NCBI RefSeq assembly: GCF_052425735.1
Contig: NC_135770.1
Span: forward strand, 37,696,001-37,760,000
Direction: 5' to 3'
Length of the DNA stretch: 64,000 nucleotides
Source of the DNA: Oculina patagonica
Lineage: Eukaryota
The notes beneath the pieces are model-generated. The model was not told the DNA's origin, did no database searches, and saw nothing but the letters and a program-made list of their open reading frames with translations. The position numbers were made by a program, and so were the translations under genes. Below are positions 38,701-51,077 of this stretch, one piece after another; within the stretch, counting starts at the first letter, position 1, and the number at the start of each line of letters is the position of its first letter.

Positions 38701-40780
38701 TATCGATCATGGCAAAATCAATGCTGTTGTTTTCCTAGACCTAAAAAAGGCCTTCGACACAGTTGATGATGAGATCCTTTTGTCTATTAAATGAGGTCAT
38801 TACGGTATATATGGTAATTCACACCAATGGTTTAGATCATACATGTATTTAAAAAACCGCACACAAATGTGCTCCATCAATGGTTCGCTCTCCAATAGTT
38901 GTTCATTATGTTGTGGTGTCCCCCAGGGAACGATTTTAGGGCCGGCCACTACTATTTCTATTATATATAAACGATTTTCCGAATTGTCTCTCAAATTGTG
39001 AGCCAAGGATGTACGCAGATGACACCCACCTTACATACGCGAGTGACAACACAGACAATATTCAATTACGCCTAAACCAAGACCTAGAAAACGTTCACAA
39101 CTGGCTGAGAGCAAACAAACTTACTCTAAATGTGACTAAAAACGAGTTTATACTTATTGGATCTAGGCAGAGGCTTAGTAATCTTACAGGTTCCCCGAAA
39201 GTTGCATCAATGATTTTCAAGTTAGCCAGGTCACATCTGCAAAATCACTTGGAGTGATCATCGACGACAGACTTGATTGGAGTAGTCACATCGAGAAAAT
39301 AACTAAGAAAATTGCTTCTGGGATTGGGGCCTTAAAACGAGTAAGGCACCTGGTTCCTCAAGCAACCTTACACCTAATATATAGAGCTTTAATACAACCG
39401 CATTTCGACTACACTGCAATACTGTTTGGGGAAACTGTGGGATTACTTTGCAAAACAAGCTACAAAAGCTACAAAATAGAGCAGCCCATGTTTTGGCCTT
39501 CTCAAACTATGACGCGCACGCTGGTGATTTATTTGACATTCTAGGATGGAAAAATCTAGCTTGCCAGCAGCAAATTCAAAGAGGCACGATGGTTTACAGG
39601 TCTCTGCACGGGTTGGCTCCAGACTATCTATCCTCTAAATTTGAAAACGTGAAACCGAGTACAACCTAAGGGACTCTGAAAACAAACTCAATTCCACCCG
39701 GGGGGGGGGGGGGTGTTCCATTACCAACTATTATAAAAACAGCTTTTCCTATAGTGGCGCCATCTTGTGGAACAGCCTTCCTCAGTATTAACGTAATACA
39801 AGCAGAGTCCCTTGGGCAATTTAAAAATCTAATTGAATGAGTTCTCTAGGGCACGGCATTCGTGGAAAGCAGCTTTTTTATATATTTTTATATTTCCCTT
39901 CTCTCTCTATATATATATATCTCTTCAAATCTTTATATTGCTCTAGTTTATCTATTGAGCACTTTAATAGCTGATGAAGTCTTCAATTCATTGTAAATTG
40001 TATTAACTGATGATTTGACCGTGTTTTTAAATAAAGATTATCCAAGTATCCCGGGCAAGTATCTTTCACCTTTCGAAACATTTAACTGGGCTAAACAAGC
40101 TTGAAGTAGACAGTAGATGATTCGAGAAATTAGCGAAATCTGTAAGAGTTTGTCCGATGTTGAATAGTTGGACGACGCTACGGGAAACAAATGAATGGCG
40201 GTTGAACGCTTAGGTTAAAGCTTACAGATTTGAACAACTTTCCAAATGTAATAAAGGTTAGCTTTTTAGTTGACGTTTTAATTTTCCATTGTTCTGTTTA
40301 TTAAATCGGTTTGACAGTGTTTCGTAGTTACAAAAAACTTTATCGTGAAATGAAAACAACTTTAGCTCACCGGTAGCGGCATTTTGTGTTAGTACCACAT
40401 TTTGACGTATCTGTGATGTATAACTGAACAAACCGGCACGGCAAAATGGAATCTCTTTGTTAATTAACTAGTTGCCTTAGAACTTACCCTATGAATCCTT
40501 GATCTACAACCTGGTAGTAGAAAATGTTTGGACCAAGTTTCATGTAGGTAACAATTGCTTTTCCTGTCGTCTTCAGTAATTTCATGGCGCCTCTGCGAAC
40601 GTCAAAGCAAATGCCCAAGGTTTGATTGTAGTTGTAGCATCCCTTGACTCGCTGCTCTGAGTAATTCTGAAAGCGAAGTTCTTGTGGGACTGTATTTTCT
40701 GAATCCGAACTTGACACAACTGAGCATAAAGTCGCTGCGACCAGAAGCATGGGGATCATCATTGTACCAGTTGAATGCAT
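35785..40780 (-). CDS. Secreted Cys-rich pre-pro-peptide, copy 3 (type B); exons 40780-40488 and 36418-35785; 308 aa; 4.07-kb intron
   Basis: Signal peptide; GG|GTAAGT ... ccttAG|G in frame; RKKR site; 15-Cys peptide; intron expanded by a LINE and a MITE. Confidence 0.88.
36881..37269. mobile_element. PIF/Harbinger-type MITE in the copy 3 intron
   Basis: TAA|AGCCGGGTTTACACG ... CGTGTAAACCCGGCT|TAA; empty site cccctgtaaatgacctt in the copy 4 intron (~53970). Confidence 0.8.
37400..40040 (+). mobile_element. Degenerate 5'-truncated LINE (CR1/L2 group ORF2: end of APE plus RT), antisense to the host gene
   Basis: PTRIT...TLIDVIY, ISDH, NNYRPISVIS..AKVFE, QSGFR..HST, VFLDLKKAFDTV, GVPQG, YADDT; several frameshifts and stops; ends approximate. 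Confidence 0.9.
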
Positions 40781-41942
40781 CTTCTCGAAAAGCTTTCCAC
40801 CGACTGGGTTTCTTACTTTGAGGAGGTCATTTTTATACTTATCACTCCGGGTTGAGCTTCCTCATTTCAACATATGTGATCAGATAACATTTAAAAGTCG
40901 TTTCTATTTCTTTCAGCGTGTAAGGGAACACCGTTTGCTTGTTGATGAAGCAGTTAGCGAAAATTTCTTTTCCGTGGCAAATGTCAAGTGAACCCTCATT
41001 GAAACATTTTTTTTTTCATCTTGTTGGCGTTCAGTTTTATTTCAATTTTTAGCAAGTGATACTTGATTGAAGAGTCCTTTGTTTCAAGGGTAATTTTGAA
41101 CATCATATATAAACAGTAAGTAAATAAAACAACGATTAAAATACATTGATCTCTCAACTCAGGGTCAACTCGAGAGAGCATTGAGTGATCTTGTAATCTA
41201 CACTACAGAATTTAGTAAGCATAAGATTACTGACTGGCTAATGTAATGTTATGTATTAGATCAAGGTATCCGAAAGCAGGACTTTAGACTTTTGTGATTA
41301 AAAGAGCAGCTTTATATAAAACGTAGTGAGAACTTAAGCATGGGCTTTAGAAGCAAAAAATATGCCCGTTTGTCAAACTGCCGGAAGGTGCATGACGAAA
41401 CTCGATCTACTGACACGTTGCTTCCTCATTCCACGACAGTTGATAGGGGTCTATCAGTGCTTTTACCCTGCATGAGGTAAAGCTATTTCTGTCACTTTTA
41501 CCAACAGACAGTTTTATTGCTCCGTATGAAGTTTCTTCAGCAGTGGAGAAATATCTGGAAGGAATTAACCCGCAGATTAATAGTCATTCGAACTAATATT
41601 TCGAATTTCCCTATTACCCTCTTCCTCTTACACAAAGCGGGGATATTCTTATTTCAGGGGTTGAGGGGTGGTATTGAACTTTACAGAAGTAAAGTCGACT
41701 TTTATTTGATGTAGTAAAATTTGATGTTGTAAAATTTAATTCATTAAAGCAGAGTACAGAACCGTAGCCGATGAGCCACAAAGAAGCTAAAGCGTCCGAG
41801 TTGGCTGCTTTCACGTGTAAAAAAATCAAATTCATTATCATTAAAAAACCAAGGGTACAACAATTTAAATCTGCTTCATATATTGACAAAGTTGCTTTTC
41901 AGCCATGTTTAATTTTCAAACGACAGGAAATGGTAGACCATT

Positions 41943-43620
41943 AAGCCTGATTACTCCATTGGCTTATTAAGTCAGCTTAAGAGTTCCTTTTCAGCCTTCA
42001 ATGAGCCTTGATGATAATTCGCTCGTTTGTTTACTTCCCGGCTCAGGCTTCAGTTCAGCGCTTCCTCAGTTGCTAAATTAATTAATATGGACAAACATTT
42101 CCTCCGTGTATGACACGTTTTCATTAATATCAGCAATATTGTTTTGTTTACATAGTAACATCATAAATTTGATATAGTGTACCTAGAAGGAAGCAGCTTA
42201 ATCAAATCGTACGTTTAGTTACTTGTTAAATTAAATTGAAATCGTATGGTTACTTGGAAATTACAGCTTAGACGCCTTCTCCGTGTTGTTGTAGTGTTGT
42301 GGTACACTAACATGGCCTTAACATGGCAACAGCAAAACTAAGGAACTGAGAAGAGATATTTCTATTAATATTTTACTTCCAATCGGTATTCTTCAGATAT
42401 CACGAGCTCCAACTTATTCACGAACATTCTAACTTCGTTTGCGAATACTATTCTTACCTTCAGCCCGCGGCGACAAGTCCAAATATAAAAGCCCGCTAAT
42501 TATAAATCATTCTATAGCCAATCAGAGTACGAGGATTCTCAATAACAAAATACCAATTCAGCAGTCAGTTGTAATGTCAATACAAGAAGCTTCACGAAGA
42601 CAGGGTCATCAGCTTCCCGACACCAGCTTCTCGTAAAATTGATGAATGAAATGTATGGCTTCCGTACGTTCAAGAAGAAAATAATTCTTCTCGTTTTTCG
42701 CTTGTAAAGTTAGTTTGGTAAATGTTTTACGTCTCAGTGACGTCCCCTCATATATTCGCATAGAATAAGCGAGAAACTTCTGAATCAAGAGAAACTGGCA
42801 GAAATCCACGTCGTAATCAGTCATATTCACTGTGTGTGTAGAAAGACTGGAGAGACTCAGACTGTTGTGTCAAGTACATAAGATAGGATCATGTAACGCA
42901 ACGCAGTGAATCAACAACTTTTAATACTTCCCACAGACCTCGAAAATTAATGAGATTTGGACTTTTGAAAAAGTTTTAAAAAGAGCCATGTTAACAATAA
43001 TCATCTGGCATTTGGCCCTAACATATTCACTGTTATTTGTCCACGGACGTTATTTTTGTCTAAATAAAAAAGAGAACTTTATGTTTTGGACAGACTGGTT
43101 ACGTATTCTGCGTATTCATTTTGACGCGTCACAGGATCACCCAAACGGAGAAGCCTCGAGTAAAAACTGACATGTCAGAGTGATCATAAAAACATTGACA
43201 TCCATTAAGCCTCTAAACAGAATACACGGATATTTGTCTTGCACATCGTGATCTGTTCCTCGAAGTTCACAGTTTTCCTCGAGCTTCGCTAAAAGCAAGT
43301 CGCCTCTAGGAACAAATAACAGCCCCGGGTAGATATATTTTCGCGCCAAATTGAGATTATTTTAATATTTCCCCCAGTACGTTTTGGCTGCAATAATTAT
43401 TCAGACCGTGCACCGATATAAATCGTCAGTGGGTAAAATGTTTGATGCATTATAAGTCACGATATAAAGTGATTTTTTACAAATTGTGCAAAATTCCCTC
43501 AAATTTTACGGAAACCTTAGAAAGGAGTTGGATCAAGGTTTAAAAGAATCGGGAAGATTGAGAAACCAAGCAATAAGCTTGCAAGAGAAACATGAGAAAA
43601 TACAAGCCATTTAAAATAAT
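41943..43620. repeat. Duplicate of the copy 1 upstream region, without the coding exon
   Basis: Matches 9505-11250; similarity ends ~35 nt short of the copy 1 ATG. Confidence 0.9.
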
Positions 43621-43852
43621 CAATTTTATTCAGCCACTTAATATACAGCTTCGTGAGTCAAACCATTACTACATGTTTATAACAAGTACAGAGGAATCCG
43701 ATTTTTCGAACCTCCGAGGGAAACCTGGTGATGGAAACAAGACTCGGTTGGAGAAATAGAACACGAGAAAACAATGGCAACATTGCTGTGTTTGACTAAG
43801 TGAGGCACGGTACAAGATAAACAACTTTTGGTTCGAGTTATTGGAAAGTTCT

Positions 43853-44168
43853 CAAACAGCGGTCAAACGCAGAGCGCGTGCGCAGTTACTGTGCAATTCC
43901 CGCCAAAATTCTCCACACGAAGTCTTAAATGTTCCGAAAACTTTCGCTTTATAGCCAAAAGTTAACGCCATCTCTGGAAAATTAAGGTTTATACGCAGCT
44001 AATGGATGGGAAATTTAATTCATCTCCACTGAGTTTCCCAGCTTGAAATTTTCTTTCACCGTACTATTTCTTTAACAATTTCTTACAAAAGTTTGTCCAC
44101 TTTCGAGTTGAAAAGTTCGAGGCGGTGAAAACCGGACGTGACGTCAATTTTTGCCTTTGACCGCTGTG
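43853..44168. mobile_element. MITE with ACAGCGGTCAAA inverted termini
   Basis: ACAGCGGTCAAA / TTTGACCGCTGTG; absent from the paralogous sites at ~23660 and ~33850; TSD unclear. Confidence 0.6.
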
Positions 44169-45760
44169 AAGGAAGTTCAAGAGATCGAGAGCTCGAGAAA
44201 TCGGGATTCCGTTGTAGTCTTTAATTTTATGTTAAACAATGACAAGTGCATACGGGCAACTGCCTCACGAATGGCGCGCCCTGAAACAGTAATCTAGCTG
44301 GCACGGCGGAAAAACCGCTGATTGGCTGAAATAAACGTCGTCAAAGAGCATGCTCAACCGTTTTCCGCTGACCGTGTGCGGGTGCAATTGAGTTCGAAAT
44401 ACTGTTGAAGTTCAGCCGCGAGGTTTCGACAGTGAGCGTTTTTGCAAGTTTTTACCCTGCTAGAACTTCTGCTTGCCATAGAGAATGTGGATAAAGTAAA
44501 GGTAAGAATGCTAGAAATTTTAGTTTGGTTTTATTTATTTCTTTGAGCCTCATTTGTTGTGCTATTATTTCCTTCGTCAGTTGGATGTTGCGTTCATTCA
44601 GCTACGCGAACCACGTGCTTTGCCTGACTAACTACACGATTTAATTTTCTGCTACAGGAATTGATGAATAGATGACTTGAAACGTTAGAGTTAAGCGGTA
44701 AGCATAGTTAATCTTTCATCGCTATAAGCTTTGAGCTGGATGATGTATGTTTGTAGGCAGTATTTTTATCTTCCAGTTATCTTTAGCTTCGTAAGGTTAT
44801 GTAAGCTTATGCGCCATTTCTTTACCCATCGCTGGTGTGCTTATATTTTTCTTTGCAGTTTTAGACTTTGGAGAATGTAGATTTTGTCCGAAATTTTCTT
44901 ATTCAATCATTTGAACTCCCTTATACGTCTTAACTCTCTTCTGGGAAGGAAACGGTTTGGTTTCAGTCCACCATGTTAAATTAACAAGCTTAATAAAGCT
45001 TACAACAAGCTTCGGAGTGAATATTTGTCGAGAAACAAATGTTTAAAGTGAGCCTTTTCTTTCTCCGTTCAAAGATTGTCTGGTCTCTCGTCCAAATGCA
45101 AATGGGGTTTAAAAATTGCACGGAATAGAAAAAGAACTTTATTTACGTGTGTTATTGTGTACAACATTTATGTACATTGTATTTGCTGTTTTTATTTTTC
45201 TTGGAGTTTTAAGAATCCAGGGCAAATTATGTTCTATTGTTTTGTACTATAAATAAAAATACACCTGGATTAATTCTTGTAAATAGACCTAAAGATATTG
45301 ACATTCAATGTCTGTCAATCAGTCGTTTCTCAAGATCAATCACTGTACATGGCTGTCACAGAGTTAAAATTACATTGACCCACTTATAAATAATGTCAAG
45401 ATAAGATATTTACAAGTTTATCTAAAATACAACTGCAGATAATTTGTTTCTAGTACTTTGACTAGACCCATTCTATTTGAACTTCAACTTGATAAATATT
45501 TTTACAGCTATGCTTAATGAAAACTGTAACATGATTTGCAGTCTTCTGGCAATACAGTAGTAAGAATGTATGTACACTGTATAGCTCCTAAGAAATGGAA
45601 ATGACTGTTAAACAGTGATTTGTTTATTACACTTATTAAGATCAAGTTGTTGTGGTGTTAGTTTAAGTGTTAAAATCCTATTATATGACAAGAAAAGCAA
45701 ATGGGATTGTAAGACCAGTTTTTCATTGTTGCTCTTTCCATTTACACAGGAAAACGCCAA

Positions 45761-48760
45761 CTATCTATGGGTGACTTGATGTTGGGTCAGCCCCCCTTTG
45801 GTCTTGCACACTCGGCCACATGTGATACACACATGACCAGTGTCAACATTTGCTGGTGCTGCTTCTGTATGGCTGGAGATTGTAGGTTTTGATTTCCTGT
45901 TACTGAACTTGAATAACTGTGCCAGTGGTATGTGCTGGAGTGTTTCCTTGGCTTTAAGAAGTATCTTCTGATCTGTCGTGACATTCTTGCCTTCACTGTC
46001 ATCATCATCTGAGTCACTGTCATCATCATTGTCATCTCTGTCATTGCCATCAGCACTTGGTTCTTCTCCATCGTCATCATCACCCACTAATCCTTTATTG
46101 AAGCTGCTAGCAAGTTCCTGAACTCTTTGAGGAAGCTTTGCAGTACAAATTGGACAGCAAGCCTTGTTTGGCATTGAATACCCATGATCACTGAAATGTG
46201 GGGATTTGCCAAGACAAGCTTTATGAAACGTGTGGCCACAGTTGAGTCGTTGAACTGGTAGATCGACACTGTCATCATCTGCTCTGCAGTCTGCTGCATC
46301 ACAGGCTATCAAAGGATCTGGCTCCAGTCCACTCCATGCATAGCCTAAAGGCAAGCTTCTCTGATCAACAGTGGCATCAAGAGAGGGAAGGTAATATGGC
46401 TAGAGAGAAGAGGAGCAGTGTTAATTGCATATCATTTTTGCTTAGTTAGGTACCTTTGCATGCCTAGAAAATCATATATATTATTCTGGCATCTTCCAGA
46501 GTTAGAAACTGAAATCAGAAATATAACAGAATGATGTGAAGTTTTGTGTACAAGGTGCTACGTTTTTAGGCTGTTTGGGATTTTGAGGGATCATGGAGAT
46601 TACTGTTCATATGTTTTTGCTATTTTGGTTGACTTTTGAGTCTAAAAAAATGTACACAGATGCTAGATAGGATCAAGAAAAGACTGAAAGCAGACCTTGT
46701 TATTAGGATACAATGTACATGAAGGTAAAAGTCTGTGTGGTTTATTATAAACCTTTTATTTTTACCTGGTACTTACGGCGTCCTTTTGGTATTTTTGCAG
46801 TGCTACCCAAGTTTTGCCTCACTGAGACAAACAAGTCAAGGAGAAACTCAGCGGCTCGATTTGACAACAATTGAAGGTTTCGAACACCTCTTCCCCTGTG
46901 ATTTGCAAGAAGGAACCAGGTACAGAAATCCTCTTCAAATCTGTTCATATTAAGGGCCTTTGCAGCTTCTTGAATTTGGGCAGCGGTTGCATTGGGAGGA
47001 ATCGATCTGATGAAAGAAAATAATGAAAGCATTTGCTTGAGTTTAAGTATTGCATATGGGGTACAAACATGTATACATGTATATATGAATTTTTACTTCA
47101 TTGTGTATTAGACCATTGTGATGCAAGCATCCAACTACAAGTGAAGTACTAGTAAATTGAATGTGAATGCCACAAGAGCTCGTTTTGTAGGGTCTTTGTT
47201 TAATTATTTTTTTTAAGAGAGTAATAAATATTGAATTTTTTTAACATGTCTTGAAACTGTAAAACAGAGAATGGTATTGTTGGCAATCTGACGTACACAT
47301 GTAACAGTATTCACTAAAATACATTAATATTTATTATAGTAGGATTATTTTTAACGCAACTCTGTTAAATCAGTTGCTTTGAAAGGATGAGTTCAATATC
47401 TATCAGCTTTTGAAGTTGAACTGATTTTATTTTGTTTTATTTTTTTTTTTTCTGTAGATGTTACATGTACCTCTGAAGAAGTGAATGAAACACTTCCACT
47501 TTTTTCTCTGTCAGCTCATTAAGGGAGTGTTCTAGGAGTTGTTGTAAACTAGCAATGGCCAAACTCTTATGATGGATAAGGTCACTCAGTTGACACAGTG
47601 TGGCTTTGTCGTAATGGCGCCTTCGTTGGACAATGAACATTAGTGACAACCGCACCATGGCATGGAGCCAGTTTGCTTGGTCTCCCCCTCTGAAAATGAC
47701 GCTGTAGAAGTAAAACACCAGTGGAACCAGTTCGTCGAGAAGAAATATCAGCATCACATACTCTGGGTCTTTGCACTGTCCGAAAGCTGTCAGAACAGTA
47801 GTTTTTATCATCAGCCATCCACCAAATGCAGCAGAAATAAGTGTTGAAATGCGGTACGGTTTCGGCTTGTTTGGCAGCACCTTTCTTTGGCCGAACAAGT
47901 ACTTGTGCAGTTTTTCAAAGAAACAGCGGAAGTTTGTGACAACATCTTCTTGCGCATTCAGGTAGATGTGAAAGGGCCCTTGCCATGGTACAATGGACAG
48001 TAGGAAGTCAGGATCAACACTGGGCCTCAACTGTTGGGTAAGGAAACAATACTCCTGTCAAACTTTAAGAATTGGAAAAGATGACATGATCGATGAATAT
48101 AAAGTTTTAAAGCATACATGTACCTGGCAGATAATTTTCTTGTTGTAGTACCAAGTTGGCCAGTCACCAGACAAAAACAACAGGTTGTTTTCCATGTACT
48201 CCTGTAGTGAAGGGCACTCTTCAGTGATGTGATTTATGGCACTCCTGTAGTTACCCATACTCTTGAGGTTCTGTTCAAACTCATCAACCAGCCAAGTGTT
48301 GGACAGCAAATCCAGTTCATGTCTGGCCTCATCGGTATACACTCTAAAAGGCAGAATTAATGTAGTAGTATTATATAATGTTCCTTAAAATTGCATAGCC
48401 CCTTGGGTGAATTAAACTTGACTCGTATGAAAAGGAAACAAAAACTACAGCTTGGAATTTGGACTTGAACTTGATTGTTATAGAAATCAAGATATGATAT
48501 TGAATTTCTGTATTCCTTTAAGCTTCAAAAGGAAACACAGTGAGGGAATTATAGTAGGTTGGTGGACTAAATAAAATGCAGGGCTTGAGACTAACTTTTT
48601 AACTCACTGGTTTACTGGCTAGTGACATGTCAGATTTTTCTAGCCAGAAGTAATTTTTCACTAGTCAGGTATATTGATTTCTTTAAAGAACAGTTGACTT
48701 TTCCGAGTTTTTCACTAGCCAAATGGCTAGTAGGAATGCTAAACCTGGTAGCTAAACCTT

Positions 48761-48793
<33 letters not shown>

Positions 48794-51077
48794 AAATGCA
48801 AAGTCTTGAGTATTTCTAACCTTAGCTCTACAATGCTTTTGTTTACACATGCCATGTTGAAATTACAATACTCTTCCGGCAGGGCATCCAGGTAGCTGAA
48901 CATGAAAAAATCTGGCAGATATTGACTGAAGAGCTGGTTTACGTTATCTGCATTGATCCCACCCCTGCAATTAACAAGTCCTCTCCCAGGCACATGAACA
49001 AGTACATTTTGATATATTATTGGATTTCCCTTGATGGCAGGAAGAGACTGCTGGCTATCAACAACTGCCGTACACATATGCAAACTGGTACTGAGATCTG
49101 TCTGTTTCGGGTCCTTAATTGTGTGGATACAATGGAAATCATCAATAATTAGCAGTAGAAACTTGTTGTCCTGTTGAAAAAAGAAACAAGTGATTCAAGA
49201 AATGATTAGCTGTACTTAACATTGCTGTATTGTACGTGTACATTTTGGTCTCAAAAAAAGACAACGTACATTCCAATCTTGATATTTTATGTTAATTGTC
49301 AATTTACATATATTTTTGTGGATACAAAATAATGTAAACATTGTTTCAATTTTATACCTTATTACAGTACATGAGCATCAGATTCAATTTGGTGATACAA
49401 AGATAATTTTCTTGAACTAAATCCATTCTTGCCCATATACATGTAATAAGATCTGGTACATTTTCCATGTAATTACTGACAGTTATGTATTTCACTTTTT
49501 ACCTTTATGGCAGTTTTAATGATTGTATTAGTGCTGCTACTGCTTTTCATTGCCCTAGTCTTCTTGTGGTTAAACACACTTCTGGGGTGTGTACTAAACC
49601 CTAGTAGACTCCCAGCTGTCAAGGCATCATCACTGGCACCATGAAAGGATAGGTGGACACCACAGTCTTGTTGCAATGTGTTATTTTTCTGTACAAGTTA
49701 AATTGTAAAATAAGAAATTAGGCATAATAAGCTGGCCTTACTTCATCTTACTTCCTGATATTTCTGAGGGGAGTGGGCCATAGTACAGCCACACACACTG
49801 TACCTAATTATAACAGCTTTTGTACCAAAAGTGCATTATCAGCTTACTTGATTTCGAAAATATGAGAACTGATGCAACATTGCAACAACTCGTTGCCTTT
49901 GGGTGTCTTCTCTCCTTTTTGAAATTTTTTCTTTTCCATCATTTCTGATGACTTGTAGAAGGTCATCAAACAAACCAGGTGCATGCTTCTCACAAAACAT
50001 TTTCATAGCATCAGGGTTGTAGAGCTTTGCTCCTCCAGTATCGTAATGTCTTGTTAGTTGCTTATGGAACAAAAAGAATTTCTCATGGAAAGGTGTCTCT
50101 GAAAAATAAGTTAAACTAGTTTAATAATGACATAATGTTTTCCTCTTCTGGGAAAATTATTTTAGAGTTAATAGATAATTACTTTGGCTCACAGCATTAT
50201 TGGGAACCTGGTATACTGTATATGTAATATGCCCAATATTGCTGTGAGCCAAAGTAATATCTACTGTATTATTATTATTATTGGCCCTCCTTAAAACCTT
50301 ATTTTTCTCTCTCTGCACTACATTGACAATTTCAGTCCCTTCCACACTGATGTTTTGGTTCATGGCTGCAATCGTTGATATATCGCAGAGAGAGAATAAT
50401 AGGATTTCAGGAGGGTCAGTAATTTTTTTAACTGTAGTGCATTATATTAAAAAAGCCAAATACCGTGACTTTGTTGTTTGCAGCAATGTGCTCTTAATTC
50501 TTCATTTTCTTTCTGTAAACTGGCAATTATTTGTTTTGCTTCAGCTAACTGATCCCATGAATCTGTAGTCTGGGAGGTCCCATCCTGGAATTGTACCATG
50601 TTCAAGGGCATGTCAGAATTCTTCTAAAATAAACAAATGGGAGAAGAGTCACATCTGAGTTTGGTTATGTAAAAGAGTACAATGTTAAAATGAAAACAGA
50701 ACAAGTTTGGTGTGTACCTTTCTCTTCTTGGGTGGTTTGTAGAGTGCATGTTTGGTAACCTCAGGGTCCTGGTCCATAAATTCAAGGTGTTGCTTGCACA
50801 GAAACGTCCCACCATTGTACCGAGGCATCTCGGTCAAAACATCGATAAGCCTCTTCGGACATGGCGAATAATACGAGTTGTTACTACAAGATTTATCCTG
50901 ATAGCAGCAACTTGATTGATTTTGGGTTGCAAAGCGTTTTGCATGGTTTCGACAAAGCCAAACTGATCTCGTGAGGCCACAAATAAATGCCTCCTGGCCT
51001 GTTATTTTACTTACAGTACCGGAGCATTGATCGAAGTCGCTTCGTAAGCGAGAGCTGTACTCGCACAAATTTTCCAT
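45761..51077 (-). CDS. Putative DDE transposase (Academ/DUF6589-like) with C-terminal RING-H2 and C2H2 fingers; 9 exons: 51077-50718, 50623-50464, 50098-49848, 49688-49503, 49170-48821, 48343-48124, 48054-47471, 47006-46766, 46399-45761; 996 aa
   Basis: All eight introns are GT-AG and phase-consistent (2991 nt, no stop found); motifs LLIIDDFH, SGDWPT, PWQGPFHIYLN, TEKKVEVFHS; CGHTFHKAC..CPIC; CITCGRVCKTKGGLTQHQVTH. Confidence 0.8.
48579..48793. mobile_element. hAT-like MITE with a 5-bp TSD, in a transposase intron
   Basis: aaatg|CAGGGCTTGAGACTAAC ... GTTAGTCTCGAGCCCTG|aaatg. Confidence 0.75.
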
